This document shows, in pieces, positions 20,006-33,526 of a DNA stretch of 64,000 bases (positions are counted from its first letter, which is position 1; every line of letters begins with the position of its first letter). A program made the translations under genes and the position numbers. The DNA is from a virus, in the IMG/VR virus record IMGVR_UViG_3300042559_000515, positions 1 to 64,000 of that record; one strand, given 5' to 3'. The notes beneath the pieces were generated by a model, which was not told where the DNA came from, searched no databases, and was given only the letters and a program-made list of their open reading frames with translations.

Positions 20006-20408
20006 TCTCGTGTGGTGTCAGGTCTAGGTAACGACCCTGCATTGCAGACAAGATACCCGATTCTTCACTGAGATGTTGTGGTTTACAGAGACCAACTTGT
20101 AGACAACGCTTAAAGGCAACAATGTAGATACCTGTCCCCTTGTTCCATGGAGAAGATGTTTGGTGCATGGTCCCAACACCCACATGAATTAAGCGTGTGT
20201 CTTTTTTCAAGATTGCGTACACACGACCATAAACATACAACTGGTCATGTTGAAATTTAAATACAAACTTAAAGTAGAAGAACGCAGGAATAATAAATGC
20301 AGGGTGTAGAACTATTGCAGATGTGGCATAACCAAGAAATACCAGCAATGGCCCAAATGTAAGGGCTTTAGCAATACTCTTAGAAATCTTGCGTGTGGTA
20401 GTTGTCAT
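19950..20408 (-). CDS. Hypothetical membrane protein
   Basis: Hydrophobic N-terminal segment; overlaps neighbours. Confidence 0.55.
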   Translation of the reverse strand: MTTTTRKISKSIAKALTFGPLLVFLGYATSAIVLHPAFIIPAFFYFKFVFKFQHDQLYVYGRVYAILKKDTRLIHVGVGTMHQTSSPWNKGTGIYIVAFKRCLQVGLCKPQHLSEESGILSAMQGRYLDLTPHEIGNWNAVPKGNKTGAPTG

Positions 20409-20952
20409 CTCGTGAACCTATTCTGCTATATCTGTATGAGTTTAAAAAGTCATTAATAAAACGACCCTTTGAGTTACTGTTTGCAAAGTTATTATAGATA
20501 CTTTCAGGAACATTGTTGTACTTGTAGGTATCTCCACGCTTGTGGAACTTGACATAAACGGTGCCTAGAACATTTGTACCATATTGCGGGTCAACACCAG
20601 ATTTAGCAAGAAGATATTGTTTTTCTGCTGGCTTAGGAACAAACTTATGTGAGGCTACACGGGTACTTCGGTCAGGACCCTGACCATAGTTATCTTCTGG
20701 TGGACGAGCGTCAGCAACATAGTAGGTGTCATAGTTGATGGATACTCCACCCTCTTCACCTTCGGTTGGTAAGTTTTCTGACTTAACACGGGAAGAACCA
20801 AACATCTCAAAAGGAGGGAGGTGGTCTTCCTCTTCTCGTTCAGGTGTTCCGCTAGGGATTAACTGACGAAGGTCTCGGTTTGCACCAATCCGACCTTCTT
20901 CAGCAAGGATGTCTGTAAGACTTCTACCCAGCCGTTTTTTCGGTTTCGCCAT
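20380..20952 (-). CDS. KTSC-domain protein
   Basis: C-terminal VYVKF...YKYNNVP..IY..F..SNSKGRFIN matches the KTSC pattern. Confidence 0.75.
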   Translation of the reverse strand: MAKPKKRLGRSLTDILAEEGRIGANRDLRQLIPSGTPEREEEDHLPPFEMFGSSRVKSENLPTEGEEGGVSINYDTYYVADARPPEDNYGQGPDRSTRVASHKFVPKPAEKQYLLAKSGVDPQYGTNVLGTVYVKFHKRGDTYKYNNVPESIYNNFANSNSKGRFINDFLNSYRYSRIGSRDDNYHTQDF

Positions 20953-21072
20953 TTGATTCCTTTTGAATTAAAGCCGATTTTAGAATGGCTAATTCAACAT
21001 TAAGACGAGAAATCTCAGAAGAGAGATGCTTGATTACTTCTTGTGGGTCAATTTCCATGCGGAGATACTACC

Positions 21073-21600
21073 TTATTCAGGCTTAGGAAGTGCACGCCAT
21101 GCGGCTTCAAACTTAGCCGCATCCTTTGCCATTTCTGGAGAAAGTTCTAAATGCAACCACTTCCCGCCAAAACTTCCAGCGTTATCGGACTCACTAAAAA
21201 TCTTTACCCCAGCCTCATTTTCGCCTCTTGAGCACCTGAAACCTCTTCCATACCCCTGGTTTTTGTCCTTGGGGTTTGCGTCAAATGCGTAGTCGTGAAT
21301 CTCTTCAATTCCTAATTCTTTTGTGTACTTGATGAACCAGTTCCACATGGCAACGCCGACCTTGCGGTCGTCATACCCAATATCTACAGCGGCTCCAGTG
21401 GCGTGGACACTGAGGAATTTCTCCATGCCAGGGTCGCCAATCTTCTTACCAGCGGTCTTAGAGTTTCGCATCAATCGGGCGGAATAAATTCCCAGATTCT
21501 TTGTTTTCCATCTCTTGGCACAAAGTTCTGCCAGTTTCTCGGTTCCAGGCTGTGCACCTTTTCCATCAAATGCGGGATAATAACTGTATTTTCTTGGCAT
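21073..21600 (-). CDS. Endolysin, Zn DD-peptidase (M15-like) fold
   Basis: SVHATGAAVD and WLHLE metal motifs; leaderless TAAAAT. Confidence 0.75.
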   Translation of the reverse strand: MPRKYSYYPAFDGKGAQPGTEKLAELCAKRWKTKNLGIYSARLMRNSKTAGKKIGDPGMEKFLSVHATGAAVDIGYDDRKVGVAMWNWFIKYTKELGIEEIHDYAFDANPKDKNQGYGRGFRCSRGENEAGVKIFSESDNAGSFGGKWLHLELSPEMAKDAAKFEAAWRALPKPE

Positions 21601-21643
21601 GCACCTATTTTAGCCTATCTAGTCAAGGCTCGTTGATGTAGAA

Positions 21644-21886
21644 TCACCACTTATTTACAGGACAAAAAGCGTGTAGCAACTCTGTTTTTGTAGGCATATG
21701 ACAACCACACTTACTACATTGATGGGTAATCAAGTAGTGTGGGCAGGCTTCACAAATTGCCAATCGCTCTGCTTTCACAGTGTCAGATACTTTTGGAGTA
21801 TCAGGATTAAAAAGGGCTGTAGGGGTAACGATTCCTGCTTGTTGTTTGGCTAGGTTCTTAGCCTTCCAGTCTTGCCAAGGACTCAT
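21644..21886 (-). CDS. Small Cys-rich protein (DUF6171-like)
   Basis: RLAICEACP...CSKCGC...KT.L....CP..KW. Confidence 0.75.
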   Translation of the reverse strand: MSPWQDWKAKNLAKQQAGIVTPTALFNPDTPKVSDTVKAERLAICEACPHYLITHQCSKCGCHMPTKTELLHAFCPVNKW

Positions 21887-22065
21887 GGCCTAACAAACCC
21901 TTCACCGTTCCAAAGCAACCCTTCTTCAACAGGGACATCGGAGACAATAATCTTTGGGTCGCTGCTGAGAATGGCTATCAACTTATCAACAGCATCCGAC
22001 TGGATATTTGGGACAGGCATTTCGCCTGCTACTTCTCCATCTACTACAAAAATAAAATGTGACAT
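21883..22065 (-). CDS. Small fibre-associated protein
   Basis: AGGAG SD before MSHFIF; F.FVVDGEV...LSSDP...W.GE.F. Confidence 0.65.
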   Translation of the reverse strand: MSHFIFVVDGEVAGEMPVPNIQSDAVDKLIAILSSDPKIIVSDVPVEEGLLWNGEGFVRP

Positions 22066-22073
22066 ATCGCTCC

Positions 22074-22727
22074 TTAACAGCAACTAATGATTACGCACTG
22101 GTCTGTACCTGTCTTACGATAGCCGCCAACAGAGCAACTATCTACATTCTCAGGGCCAACTAGCCCTGAACCGCCTGAACAGGATGCATTAGCAGTTCCT
22201 GCACTATCGGAGTATAGCCATCCCCAAATAGTTCCAGTTACATACTGACCATTGTTAAGTTGGATGGTAACAAAATCAAAGTATGAAGTCCATGAACCAC
22301 AGGAACCAGTTGTGTAAGTAGTGCAACCAGAACCACTATTAGCGGTATACAAAGTGGCAGAACCGCAGCCAGCGCAATCCACCGATGATGCAGTAAAGCA
22401 ACCACTATTACAATCAGGAGCAGCAACAGTAGCGCCAGCGACATCATAAGATGGACAACCATCCTTTGTATAACGAGTGGGAATCTGGTAGGTGCGGTTG
22501 CCACATGACCCTGAGTACACAGCACTTAAAGTAGTTGTTCCCCAATCACGACCACCAGCGTCATGCCTACGGCAATCAGTCCATGCCCGTGCCCATACGC
22601 CGTCTTTCTTAGCCCATACACTTTTAGCGTAAAGCCAGTTTCCCCCTGATTTACCATACATAACGGTTCCTTGGGATTGGTCATCACCACCAACCCATGT
22701 TCCATTTTTGTTGGCTTTGAGAGTCAT
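22074..22727 (-). CDS. Cys/Gly-rich fibre or receptor-binding protein
   Basis: N-terminal K..G.W repeats, many Cys, ends in CC. Confidence 0.65.
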   Translation of the reverse strand: MTLKANKNGTWVGGDDQSQGTVMYGKSGGNWLYAKSVWAKKDGVWARAWTDCRRHDAGGRDWGTTTLSAVYSGSCGNRTYQIPTRYTKDGCPSYDVAGATVAAPDCNSGCFTASSVDCAGCGSATLYTANSGSGCTTYTTGSCGSWTSYFDFVTIQLNNGQYVTGTIWGWLYSDSAGTANASCSGGSGLVGPENVDSCSVGGYRKTGTDQCVIISCC

Positions 22728-22730
22728 GTC

Positions 22731-23258
22731 TTAAACCACAATCCAAACATCACCGTTACTTCCACCTGTGGGACCACTAGCAGATACGGTAATTGCAGTA
22801 GAAGCAGGACCTGTTGCACCTGTAGGACCAGTAGCACCTGTGGGACCAGTTGGTCCACCTGCGGGGCCAGTAGCACCAACGGGGCCAGTAGCACCTGTTG
22901 CACCCGTTAGACCAGTGGGACCAGTAGCACCTGTCGCACCAACTCCAGTTGGACCAGTTGGTCCTGTTAAGCCTGTGGGTCCTGTCGCTCCAACAGGTCC
23001 AGTAGCGCCTGTTAATCCTGTGGGTCCCGTGGCTCCTGTTACACCAGTTGGTCCAGTTGGACCTGCAACTGATGATGCGGCTCCAGTAGGCCCAGCAGGT
23101 CCTGAGGAATAGGCAAGAGACGACCACGCCGTGGTCCCATTACCAACTTTAAACTTACCCGTGTCTTTTTCAAGACCCATCTCACCTTCAGCAAGGATGG
23201 GGTTAGCGGTAGTCCACTCAGCCGCTGTACCTCTACGAAGTTGAATTTTAATAGGCAT
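22731..23258 (-). CDS. Mtd N-terminal-like domain plus collagen-like repeat protein
   Basis: [11 protein letters not shown]...[19 protein letters not shown], then G-X-T repeats. Confidence 0.85.
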   Translation of the reverse strand: MPIKIQLRRGTAAEWTTANPILAEGEMGLEKDTGKFKVGNGTTAWSSLAYSSGPAGPTGAASSVAGPTGPTGVTGATGPTGLTGATGPVGATGPTGLTGPTGPTGVGATGATGPTGLTGATGATGPVGATGPAGGPTGPTGATGPTGATGPASTAITVSASGPTGGSNGDVWIVV

Positions 23259-23584
23259 TACACACCACCTGCATTAATTGAGTCAATTCCACCGTATGAG
23301 GAATTGGGAAAACCACCATCTAGATTAGTTGAACCTGATGAAGCGGTTATATCAGTTTGTAACCAAAAAACATTAGTCATGTTTTCATCATCTGCGGACA
23401 CCACAATCTGCGTCCCAATAGTAGGTACAGCCCAAACACCATTAGAAGACTGCCTACCAATACGAGAAATTGAAATTTCTGTATTCACACCTGTTACCGA
23501 AGGAATTTTTACCCGAATCTCACCTGTAGTTGGGTTGGTATAGGTGACAAGGGCACGATGAACAATAGATGAGCAACTATGCAT
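23258..23584 (-). CDS. Spike-like OB-fold protein (gp5/gpV N-terminal-like)
   Basis: RALV...[10 protein letters not shown]...W.VP.IG..I.V pattern. Confidence 0.55.
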   Translation of the reverse strand: MHSCSSIVHRALVTYTNPTTGEIRVKIPSVTGVNTEISISRIGRQSSNGVWAVPTIGTQIVVSADDENMTNVFWLQTDITASSGSTNLDGGFPNSSYGGIDSINAGGV

Positions 23585-23586
23585 AA

Positions 23587-24651
23587 TTAATCCTTTAACT
23601 GGTACCAACCATCTTCCCACAAAGTGAGGAGACGGTTGAAGTACTTCTCATACATTAAACCAACGGGAGTAAGACCATATCGGTCTTTAGCGTAGGTGCT
23701 GATTAACTGGCGGTCTAGTTCTGGCGCCTTTTTAGCCGCATCTACAAACTCTTGAAGAGTGTGGCAACGGAACCCCGTCACTCCGTCTTGGACAGTTTCA
23801 GTAAAGGCGCCCCAGTCGGTAGAGATAACAGGGGTACCACAAGCCATCGCTTCAATAGCCACTGTTCCAAAAGGCTCCACATAGATTGTTGGTGCAAATA
23901 GGGCTATTGCGCCTCCCATGAGTTCGGCTCTTTTTTCTGTTCCTACAACACCTACATACTCACCGTACTCTGGTGGTACACCCTGCCCAGCAATCACCAG
24001 ACGCTTCCCTAGAGCCTTACAGACATCTACGGCTATCTGGTAGCCCTTGCGCTCAATAAGGCGTCCCATATAGAGATAGTAATCCCCAGGTGTTTCTTGT
24101 AATGGAAAATCATCAACATCAATGTAACTAGGGATGACGGTGTCATAGAACTTACCGTCAAGGGCGTGGGGGTCGGTTACCTTGGAGCCGTAACAGGAGT
24201 GCATCCATGCGTAGGACTCAAATACCTTGTAGGGGGCAAATGAGCCACCATAACCAATACCGAACTCCACACTCAATTCATTTGGGAAAGCGTCAGCAAT
24301 AGGTTTGGAGGCATAGCCAGCGATAAGACAAATAAAGTCTTTGTGCTCTAAGCGCTCTTTAATTCCCTTGATGACATTGTTGTTGAAACTAACCCAGTGG
24401 GGAAGTGTCCAATCAAAAGAAGCCGCTGAGTAATGGTTGTCTCCAACTGCAACAAGCCGTTCTTCTTCTGTAATACAAACAATGTGCTCGTCACAAGGGG
24501 CTTCATTGAATTCCCCACCATACAGATAGACCGTATGACCAAGGTCTTTCATCATGATGCAGAACTTGCGAATCTTTTCTGTATAGGCGCAAGCCGTAAA
24601 GTCTTCAGTGGTGTTTGTGTGAGGAAGACTAACTATGTGGAATCTCATCAA
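23587..24651 (-). CDS. Glycosyltransferase family 4 (GT-B)
   Basis: YMGRL..RKG and EPFG..AIEAMACGTPVI..DWGAF.E.V..G.TG. Confidence 0.92.
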   Translation of the reverse strand: MMRFHIVSLPHTNTTEDFTACAYTEKIRKFCIMMKDLGHTVYLYGGEFNEAPCDEHIVCITEEERLVAVGDNHYSAASFDWTLPHWVSFNNNVIKGIKERLEHKDFICLIAGYASKPIADAFPNELSVEFGIGYGGSFAPYKVFESYAWMHSCYGSKVTDPHALDGKFYDTVIPSYIDVDDFPLQETPGDYYLYMGRLIERKGYQIAVDVCKALGKRLVIAGQGVPPEYGEYVGVVGTEKRAELMGGAIALFAPTIYVEPFGTVAIEAMACGTPVISTDWGAFTETVQDGVTGFRCHTLQEFVDAAKKAPELDRQLISTYAKDRYGLTPVGLMYEKYFNRLLTLWEDGWYQLKD

Positions 24652-25714
24652 GGACCTGCTTCTTGTTTTTAAATAATCTTAACTGGTTATGTACATATGG
24701 GCTAAGCGATTCATGAATGTGTAATTGACAATGCTCAACGATTCTGTGAGTGTCGGACATTTCCCAATCTTCTGGAATTTGATAGTAGTCCCTAAATCGT
24801 TGAATACCAGCGTTTAGTTCATCTTGCTCCGCATTTAAAAGTTCTTGTGTATCCCAAATTCCTGGGTAAAGCACTGACAAGGATGATAGTGAACTACTTG
24901 CCATGTTCTTTTTAATAAATTCAATTAGTTCTGGTTTGTTAGGTTGCACATCCGTAGGACGCATTCGTGCGTTCTCGTTACCCTTAAGGTAGTTAGCAAC
25001 TTGCATGTCAACTTGTGTATCAATAAAGTCAAGTGTAAAACCAAAAGTATTTAAAAACTCAGATGCTTTAAGAGCAATTTCTTCGGTGTTGTTAAACGGT
25101 TCTTTAGTTACTTCTGACCATTCATACAAAACTTTAAACATTTCTGAAAGAGTAAGTCCAGCACAAGGGCTTTCTGCATTATTTTTATATTTTTCACGAA
25201 CTTCTTCGTCAAGATGTAAATGTAAGTAAATAAGATAACCAACACCATGCACTGATAATATTGATTCATATGCAATTATTTTATTAATTGTAGGAACAAG
25301 TCGTTCATCTTCTTGTACAAAAAGGTGTGGACCATACAGTGTGTTGTCACAACGCCATTCTGCTTCTGGGTCAAAAAGTGCTCTTGAAGAACAAAATCCA
25401 AAATACCCTTGTGTTGTGTTGTCAATATCTGTGTCATAGATGTCAACAACTCGTTCCCAGTAATTTAAGTTTACAATTTCTTCAATATCCCCTTGTTTAG
25501 CAATTAAACAATTATTAAAAGCGTGTCTAAAAGGATGTGGGATAGCAACCACAAGGTGACCATCTTGCATAGAAAACACTTCGGCATCTATAAATGGGTC
25601 ATCACCAGCAGGGGTACGGCGGTATAAATCTACGGTAGTTCCTGTAATGTGGTCTAGTACATAAAACAACTTGTGTGTTTTAATGGCATCAATGGTAAAT
25701 GGTTTAACAAGCAT
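24629..25714 (-). CDS. Hypothetical protein
   Basis: 361-aa ORF, AT-rich, no recognised motif. Confidence 0.7.
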   Translation of the reverse strand: MLVKPFTIDAIKTHKLFYVLDHITGTTVDLYRRTPAGDDPFIDAEVFSMQDGHLVVAIPHPFRHAFNNCLIAKQGDIEEIVNLNYWERVVDIYDTDIDNTTQGYFGFCSSRALFDPEAEWRCDNTLYGPHLFVQEDERLVPTINKIIAYESILSVHGVGYLIYLHLHLDEEVREKYKNNAESPCAGLTLSEMFKVLYEWSEVTKEPFNNTEEIALKASEFLNTFGFTLDFIDTQVDMQVANYLKGNENARMRPTDVQPNKPELIEFIKKNMASSSLSSLSVLYPGIWDTQELLNAEQDELNAGIQRFRDYYQIPEDWEMSDTHRIVEHCQLHIHESLSPYVHNQLRLFKNKKQVLDEIPHS

Positions 25715-25722
25715 AAGCCCTC

Positions 25723-26936
25723 TTATGGTCCAAAGTATTTAAATGTTACACCACCAGCAACACCAGCATTAAACCAACCTTGTCCACCAGTTCCTACGAT
25801 TGGTCCGCTACCTGCTGGAACTGAACCATTTGCGCCAACACCTTGCGTGCCTCGTCCTCCACCGCCGTTACCGCCACGAAGACCGTAGGCTCCACCACCT
25901 GCGCCTCCTGCACCACCGTTGTGTGAAGCACTGTTTTGAGTGGCTGCGCTGGCACCAGCAGCATCAGTTCCACCGCCGCCACCGCCAGCGTAATAACCGC
26001 AATCGTAGGCGTAGCAAGTTTGGTAGCAAGTTTGGTAGCAGGTTTCGTAACAAGTGTCGCAGCAAACCGACCCATTAATACAGTTGCCATTCTTGTCAAC
26101 ACCTTCACAGCAGCGACAGTTACAAGCGTAAGGGTTACAAGAAAATGGGTTACAGTTAAACGGGTTGCAGTTAAATGAGTAGTAATAACCATAAGTATTG
26201 TTTCCACCACCTCGTGCTGAGTTGTCTCCTGAACCAACAGCACCGCCAGTTCCGTTTGGTGCGCCACAAGAACCTGGGTGTGCGCCAGTGCCACCACCGC
26301 CACCAGTCCATGTTGTTGAGCCAATAGTTAAGGTTGTATTTCCGCCTGCTGTTGCTCCACCAGCACCATTCCCACCGTTACCTCCTGTACCACCAGCACC
26401 TACGGTTCCACTAATTGTTTGAGTTCCTGTAGTAGAAGATGTGTGAGATGCAGAAAGACGATAACCGCCTCCGCCACCTCCTGCGTAGTTGGCTCCACCG
26501 CCACCACCATACAAAAGAATTTCGGTAATGGTAGGGGCAACACCAGGAATTGAGGGTAAAGACAACGAATAAGCACCAGCAGTGGTGTTTAAATAAGTTT
26601 TCAGACTCCAAGTAGTAAACGAAACAGTATTACCTGTTGTTGTCCCAACGCCATTAACTGCACGGCAACGGACATAATAAAGTGTTCCATTTGACAACCC
26701 AGTAACAGTTGAAGAAATTGTTTGATTTTGTCCAGTAGTTGTGGTTGCTGTTACTGTTGTAAAACTAGAAAAAACAGAACTTGTTGAATAATCAAAATAA
26801 ACAACAGTTGATAAGTTGTTTGCACTTACAGTGGCGTTAAAAGTTGCTTGATTTTGATTAAAGTTTGTTACAGCATCAGTTGTTACTGTTGGTAACTCGC
26901 CAATGCTAGAAGCAAATGTGCCTTTTTTGATAGGCA

Positions 26937-26937
<1 letters not shown>
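25723..26937 (-). CDS. Fn3 + glycine-rich fibre protein with Cys-repeat insertion
   Basis: GL..GT.YYVR..A.N Fn3 signature, GGGG repeats, (CNPF)n/(TCYQ)n insert. Confidence 0.8.
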
Positions 26938-30220
<3,283 letters not shown>

Positions 30221-30224
<4 letters not shown>

Positions 30225-30940
30225 ACTGGGGGCACAGAGGTTGAAGGCTCTACAACAACCTGCCCCTGCGAAATGCTTGACCAATCACCAGCACTATCTT
30301 TTACGAATAGGTCAAATGAATAGGAGCCAGCAGGGATACCATTGGTGTCAGAGATATGGATTTCTAGCGTGTAACCTGCCTTAGGCGCAATGTACCCACG
30401 CTTGTTAGAAGGGCTTAGGGCGATAATAGTTGACTCACTTGGAGCAGTTGAGAACCAGCGGAGGTCAAGGACGGTGGTTCCAGAAGTGTTCTTTGCCTGC
30501 ATGAAAGCATCAGTGACAGTCAAGATGTTGCCATCAGAATCTTTCCATGTGTAGGACTGGCGGAAGTCTGTATATTTCTTGAAACGGATTTCCATAGCGA
30601 GAGCGTCCTCCAGAGGCGTAATGTTGTCTAGGGCAGATACTGTAATTGTACCTTTTGAAATCATTGTTTGGATACCCTTAACAGTTGCAAGGACATCATA
30701 AGAAAGTTCACCGAGTGGTAAATCTTGTGTTTCTTCTGCTGTTAGGCTTAACTCCACCCCACGCTCAGTAGTAATAGTGGTGGTAATCTCGGCTACAGTC
30801 AAATCACCTGTCTTGATGTAAGCACGGGCATCAGTAGGGGCATACAAACGGCGTGTTCGTCTATCCTTAATGATAAGCAACCGTTCCCACGGTAATCCCC
30901 GTGTGAGACTGTATTTAATTGTCTGAGCCTGATAAGACAT
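30221..30940 (-). CDS. Fibre-attachment protein with two tandem Ig-like repeats (putative)
   Basis: Two repeats ending (Y/F)D(V/L)...G...V; leaderless TAGAAT. Confidence 0.6.
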
Positions 30941-30964
30941 GTATCTATTCTACTTCAGAACAGG

Positions 30965-31132
30965 CTACTCGTCCCCGCCCTTTGCGATACCTGAAACAAC
31001 ATGTACAACTAGGGCTATGCCACTAATCCACAGACCATAGGTACGAACCTGTCCAGACAAAGTAATTAGAACTAATGCGGTTCCAGCAAGCGTCCACGCT
31101 AAACCTTGCAATTCTTCAAAAAATCTTTTCAC
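30965..31132 (-). CDS. Small two-TM membrane protein (55 aa)
   Basis: Hand translation from GTG: MKRFFEELQGLAWTLAGTALVLITLSGQVRTYGLWISGIALVVHVVSG...; coupled to upstream gene. Confidence 0.7.
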   Translation of the reverse strand: MKRFFEELQGLAWTLAGTALVLITLSGQVRTYGLWISGIALVVHVVSGIAKGGDE

Positions 31133-32583
31133 TATGGCCTCCTACGGGAATCTGACTGGGGACCGCTGGAAGACGAAGAAGATACAGAAACTACTGGTGC
31201 CATAAATAATACACCAGTTGCGGCTACTAGGACCTTGCGCTGTCCGACATTGATGTTTGAACCAATCGGTACATAACTATTAAACTTATTGTCAAACACA
31301 TTGATGCTTTCTTCAAATTCGGCTCTGACTTCCTCTGAAGCGCCCTGAACGGCTTCCACCAGTTGTTCTGCTTCTGCGTCAGACAAATCTGACACTTCCA
31401 CAGCATCAAAGATTTCTGCGGCTTGCTCTGCGGTCACCGATTGGATGACATCAGGGTTTGTAGCCAGTTCTTCAGCCTCAGCCGCACTAACGCCTTCTTC
31501 AATGATGTTGTCCACAGCGGCTTGAATCTCTTCTTGTGGAAGGTCAGCAATAGCACCCAAAAGAGCCAAAACTTCTGTGTCAACTACTTGCTCAGGGTCT
31601 GGTTCAGGGGCTATAGTTGTGGTTGATGGAATTTCTAATGTGGTTGTTGTTTCTGGCACTGTTGTCGTTGTGGTTGTGGTTGGAGCCATCGTCACAACTG
31701 GTGGCACCGTTGTTGAAGAAGAAGTTGTGGTCGTTGAAGAAGTGGTGGTGGTCAACTCGGTTGTCGTGGTGGTTGGCGGCACAGTGGTTGAAGGTGCAAC
31801 TGTGGTTGTACTCGTTGAAGTCGTGGTTGTACTCGTTGAAGTCGTAGTTGTTGGTACTGGTAAAGTTAAACCTGACACCTCATTACTCCACCCCGAATAA
31901 ACGGTAATAGAATCGTTATCAGCACGAACTTTAAACTGGTATTCGGTATTCGGTGTTAGGTCTTCAACAACTGCGGATGTCTGTATTGACGAAATTGCCC
32001 ATCCAGTACGCCAGTTGTCATTTGAGAAAAAAACAGCGTATCTCTCTACCTGAGCATTAGATTGTTCTGGGGCATCCCATGATAAGTAAACCTTATTTTG
32101 GTTTGTAGATGTGACAATTAAATTCTGTGGGGCGTTTAAATACGGGGCAATTGTCGTTGTGGTGGTGCTAGTCGTTGTCGTAGTTGGCTGTTCTGGCACT
32201 TCACTAGGTACAGAGTTAGTTTCTAGTGTGTAAGAAGTGCCATACCACCTATTGGGGTCACCGCAACAAACTCCTGTGCGGAGACGGTATGTACCACTTG
32301 TTTGCACATCATAAGAAATAAATGAATCTAACCCGTAGTAGTCATCATTTGAAGACAAAACAGTGTTATTACTGTCATACAGCCAAAACATACTGTCAAT
32401 ACCGTATTGCTGGGCATTTGCCCGCACAGTAAAGGTAGTACCAGACTCCAACTCAAAGTAGAAGTCGTTGGCACCAGAGGTGGTTAAAGTTTCGGCTTTA
32501 GCGGGAGAAGACGGATAGAACCCCAGCATTGTGAGCGTAAGCCACAAAAAACAACTTGTAATCCGCAAACGGGATTTAAGCAT
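31132..32583 (-). CDS. Secreted, membrane-anchored surface protein (PPC-like + Fn3 + Thr-rich linker)
   Basis: Signal peptide (AKA site), DS.FWLYD...NDD, Fn3 L.PNTEY.F.V.A, poly-Thr stalk, C-terminal hydrophobic segment. Confidence 0.8.
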   Translation of the reverse strand: MLKSRLRITSCFLWLTLTMLGFYPSSPAKAETLTTSGANDFYFELESGTTFTVRANAQQYGIDSMFWLYDSNNTVLSSNDDYYGLDSFISYDVQTSGTYRLRTGVCCGDPNRWYGTSYTLETNSVPSEVPEQPTTTTTSTTTTTIAPYLNAPQNLIVTSTNQNKVYLSWDAPEQSNAQVERYAVFFSNDNWRTGWAISSIQTSAVVEDLTPNTEYQFKVRADNDSITVYSGWSNEVSGLTLPVPTTTTSTSTTTTSTSTTTVAPSTTVPPTTTTTELTTTTSSTTTTSSSTTVPPVVTMAPTTTTTTTVPETTTTLEIPSTTTIAPEPDPEQVVDTEVLALLGAIADLPQEEIQAAVDNIIEEGVSAAEAEELATNPDVIQSVTAEQAAEIFDAVEVSDLSDAEAEQLVEAVQGASEEVRAEFEESINVFDNKFNSYVPIGSNINVGQRKVLVAATGVLFMAPVVSVSSSSSSGPQSDSRRRP

Positions 32584-32604
32584 TAAGATAGTTTACCAGA
32601 GACA

Positions 32605-32636
32605 CGAAGAGGGACCGCCCTCAAGCAGTCCCCCTC
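32605..32636 (-). terminator. Terminator-like hairpin ending the accessory island
   Basis: Minus strand GGGACTGC-TTGAGG-GCGGTCCC followed by TCTTCGTGT. Confidence 0.45.
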
Positions 32637-32660
32637 GGTGGGTAAAGACCTCATGAATAA

Positions 32661-32692
32661 TTATACACAACTGTGCATAATTATGTGGATAA
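32661..32692. promoter_or_regulatory. Cluster of three DnaA boxes
   Basis: TTATACACA (32661-69, +), TGTGCATAA (32672-80) and TGTGGATAA (32684-92; perfect TTATCCACA on minus), all matching TTATNCACA. Confidence 0.65.
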
Positions 32693-32693
32693 C

Positions 32694-32924
32694 CTAGAGA
32701 ACTAGGCTAGGTGAACCACCACCATACATTCCATAATGCATAGCGAATGCAATTCTGTCTTCTTTCCAACCCAGCAAAAGAAGTGTCTTAATAGCGTCTG
32801 CTCTAGATGAAACAGTTGCAACGATGTGCTTTTTCATAAGAGACGCCGCTTCTTCGGGGGTAACAGCGTCATCTGCTCCAGGTGAGTAATAAAGATGTGG
32901 TCTAATCACATGTACCGTTGACAT
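32694..32924 (-). CDS. Hypothetical protein
   Basis: AGGAG SD; coupled to upstream gene. Confidence 0.6.
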   Translation of the reverse strand: MSTVHVIRPHLYYSPGADDAVTPEEAASLMKKHIVATVSSRADAIKTLLLLGWKEDRIAFAMHYGMYGGGSPSLVL

Positions 32925-33526
32925 TAATAATCTCCTACTACGAATTTTGCTCTAAGTGGTTCGCCTTTTATGAGGGCGGCAGTTGCTCGGTGATGTCCAC
33001 CAAGCAGTCGCAGTTCCCCTGTGTGTGGATGAATATACACGAAGGGTGTTTGATTCCCAACATCCTCATGGTCAGCATGGAGGTCTCCATGTTGTCCGTG
33101 CTCTAAATAGTGTAGAACTCCACTAGAAGTAACGGAAGGCTGACTCCCGCTGAGAAATCGTGGGTCAAATTCACGAAGGTTATCTACTGATGGCTTGTCA
33201 TGAATTACCCTACTTACCAACGAAGGGTCATAACTAAATCCGCCCTTATTTTTGGTTGATTGACTCCAGGGGATACCAGTTTTAAGACTGGCGGGTTGAC
33301 CTTCTCGTACCCATGGGCTTTCTTCATAGTCAGGATTACGCCTACGAGAGTAATCAAGTTCTGCTGGTGAAGTAGGTTTACCTTGACCAAACAAAGGGTA
33401 AATGCTTTTTGACCCAAATAAGTTTTCTAGGCGCTTTGCGTAGTTTGCCTGATGATATGGGTGGCTCAGGTAAGCCATGTCAATGTATTCACCAAGTTGT
33501 GTTTCACTAAGCCTGTTGGTTGACAT
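32924..33526 (-). CDS. ParB/Sulfiredoxin-like protein
   Basis: SQP.V...TPFVY...LLGGHHRATAA; start MSTNRLSETQL preceded by TAAGGT. Confidence 0.7.
   Translation of the reverse strand: MSTNRLSETQLGEYIDMAYLSHPYHQANYAKRLENLFGSKSIYPLFGQGKPTSPAELDYSRRRNPDYEESPWVREGQPASLKTGIPWSQSTKNKGGFSYDPSLVSRVIHDKPSVDNLREFDPRFLSGSQPSVTSSGVLHYLEHGQHGDLHADHEDVGNQTPFVYIHPHTGELRLLGGHHRATAALIKGEPLRAKFVVGDY

Noticed and set aside
22731-23258. Diversity-generating retroelement suggested by the Mtd N-terminal domain
   Set aside because: No reverse transcriptase, C-type lectin domain or TR/VR pair seen in the window.
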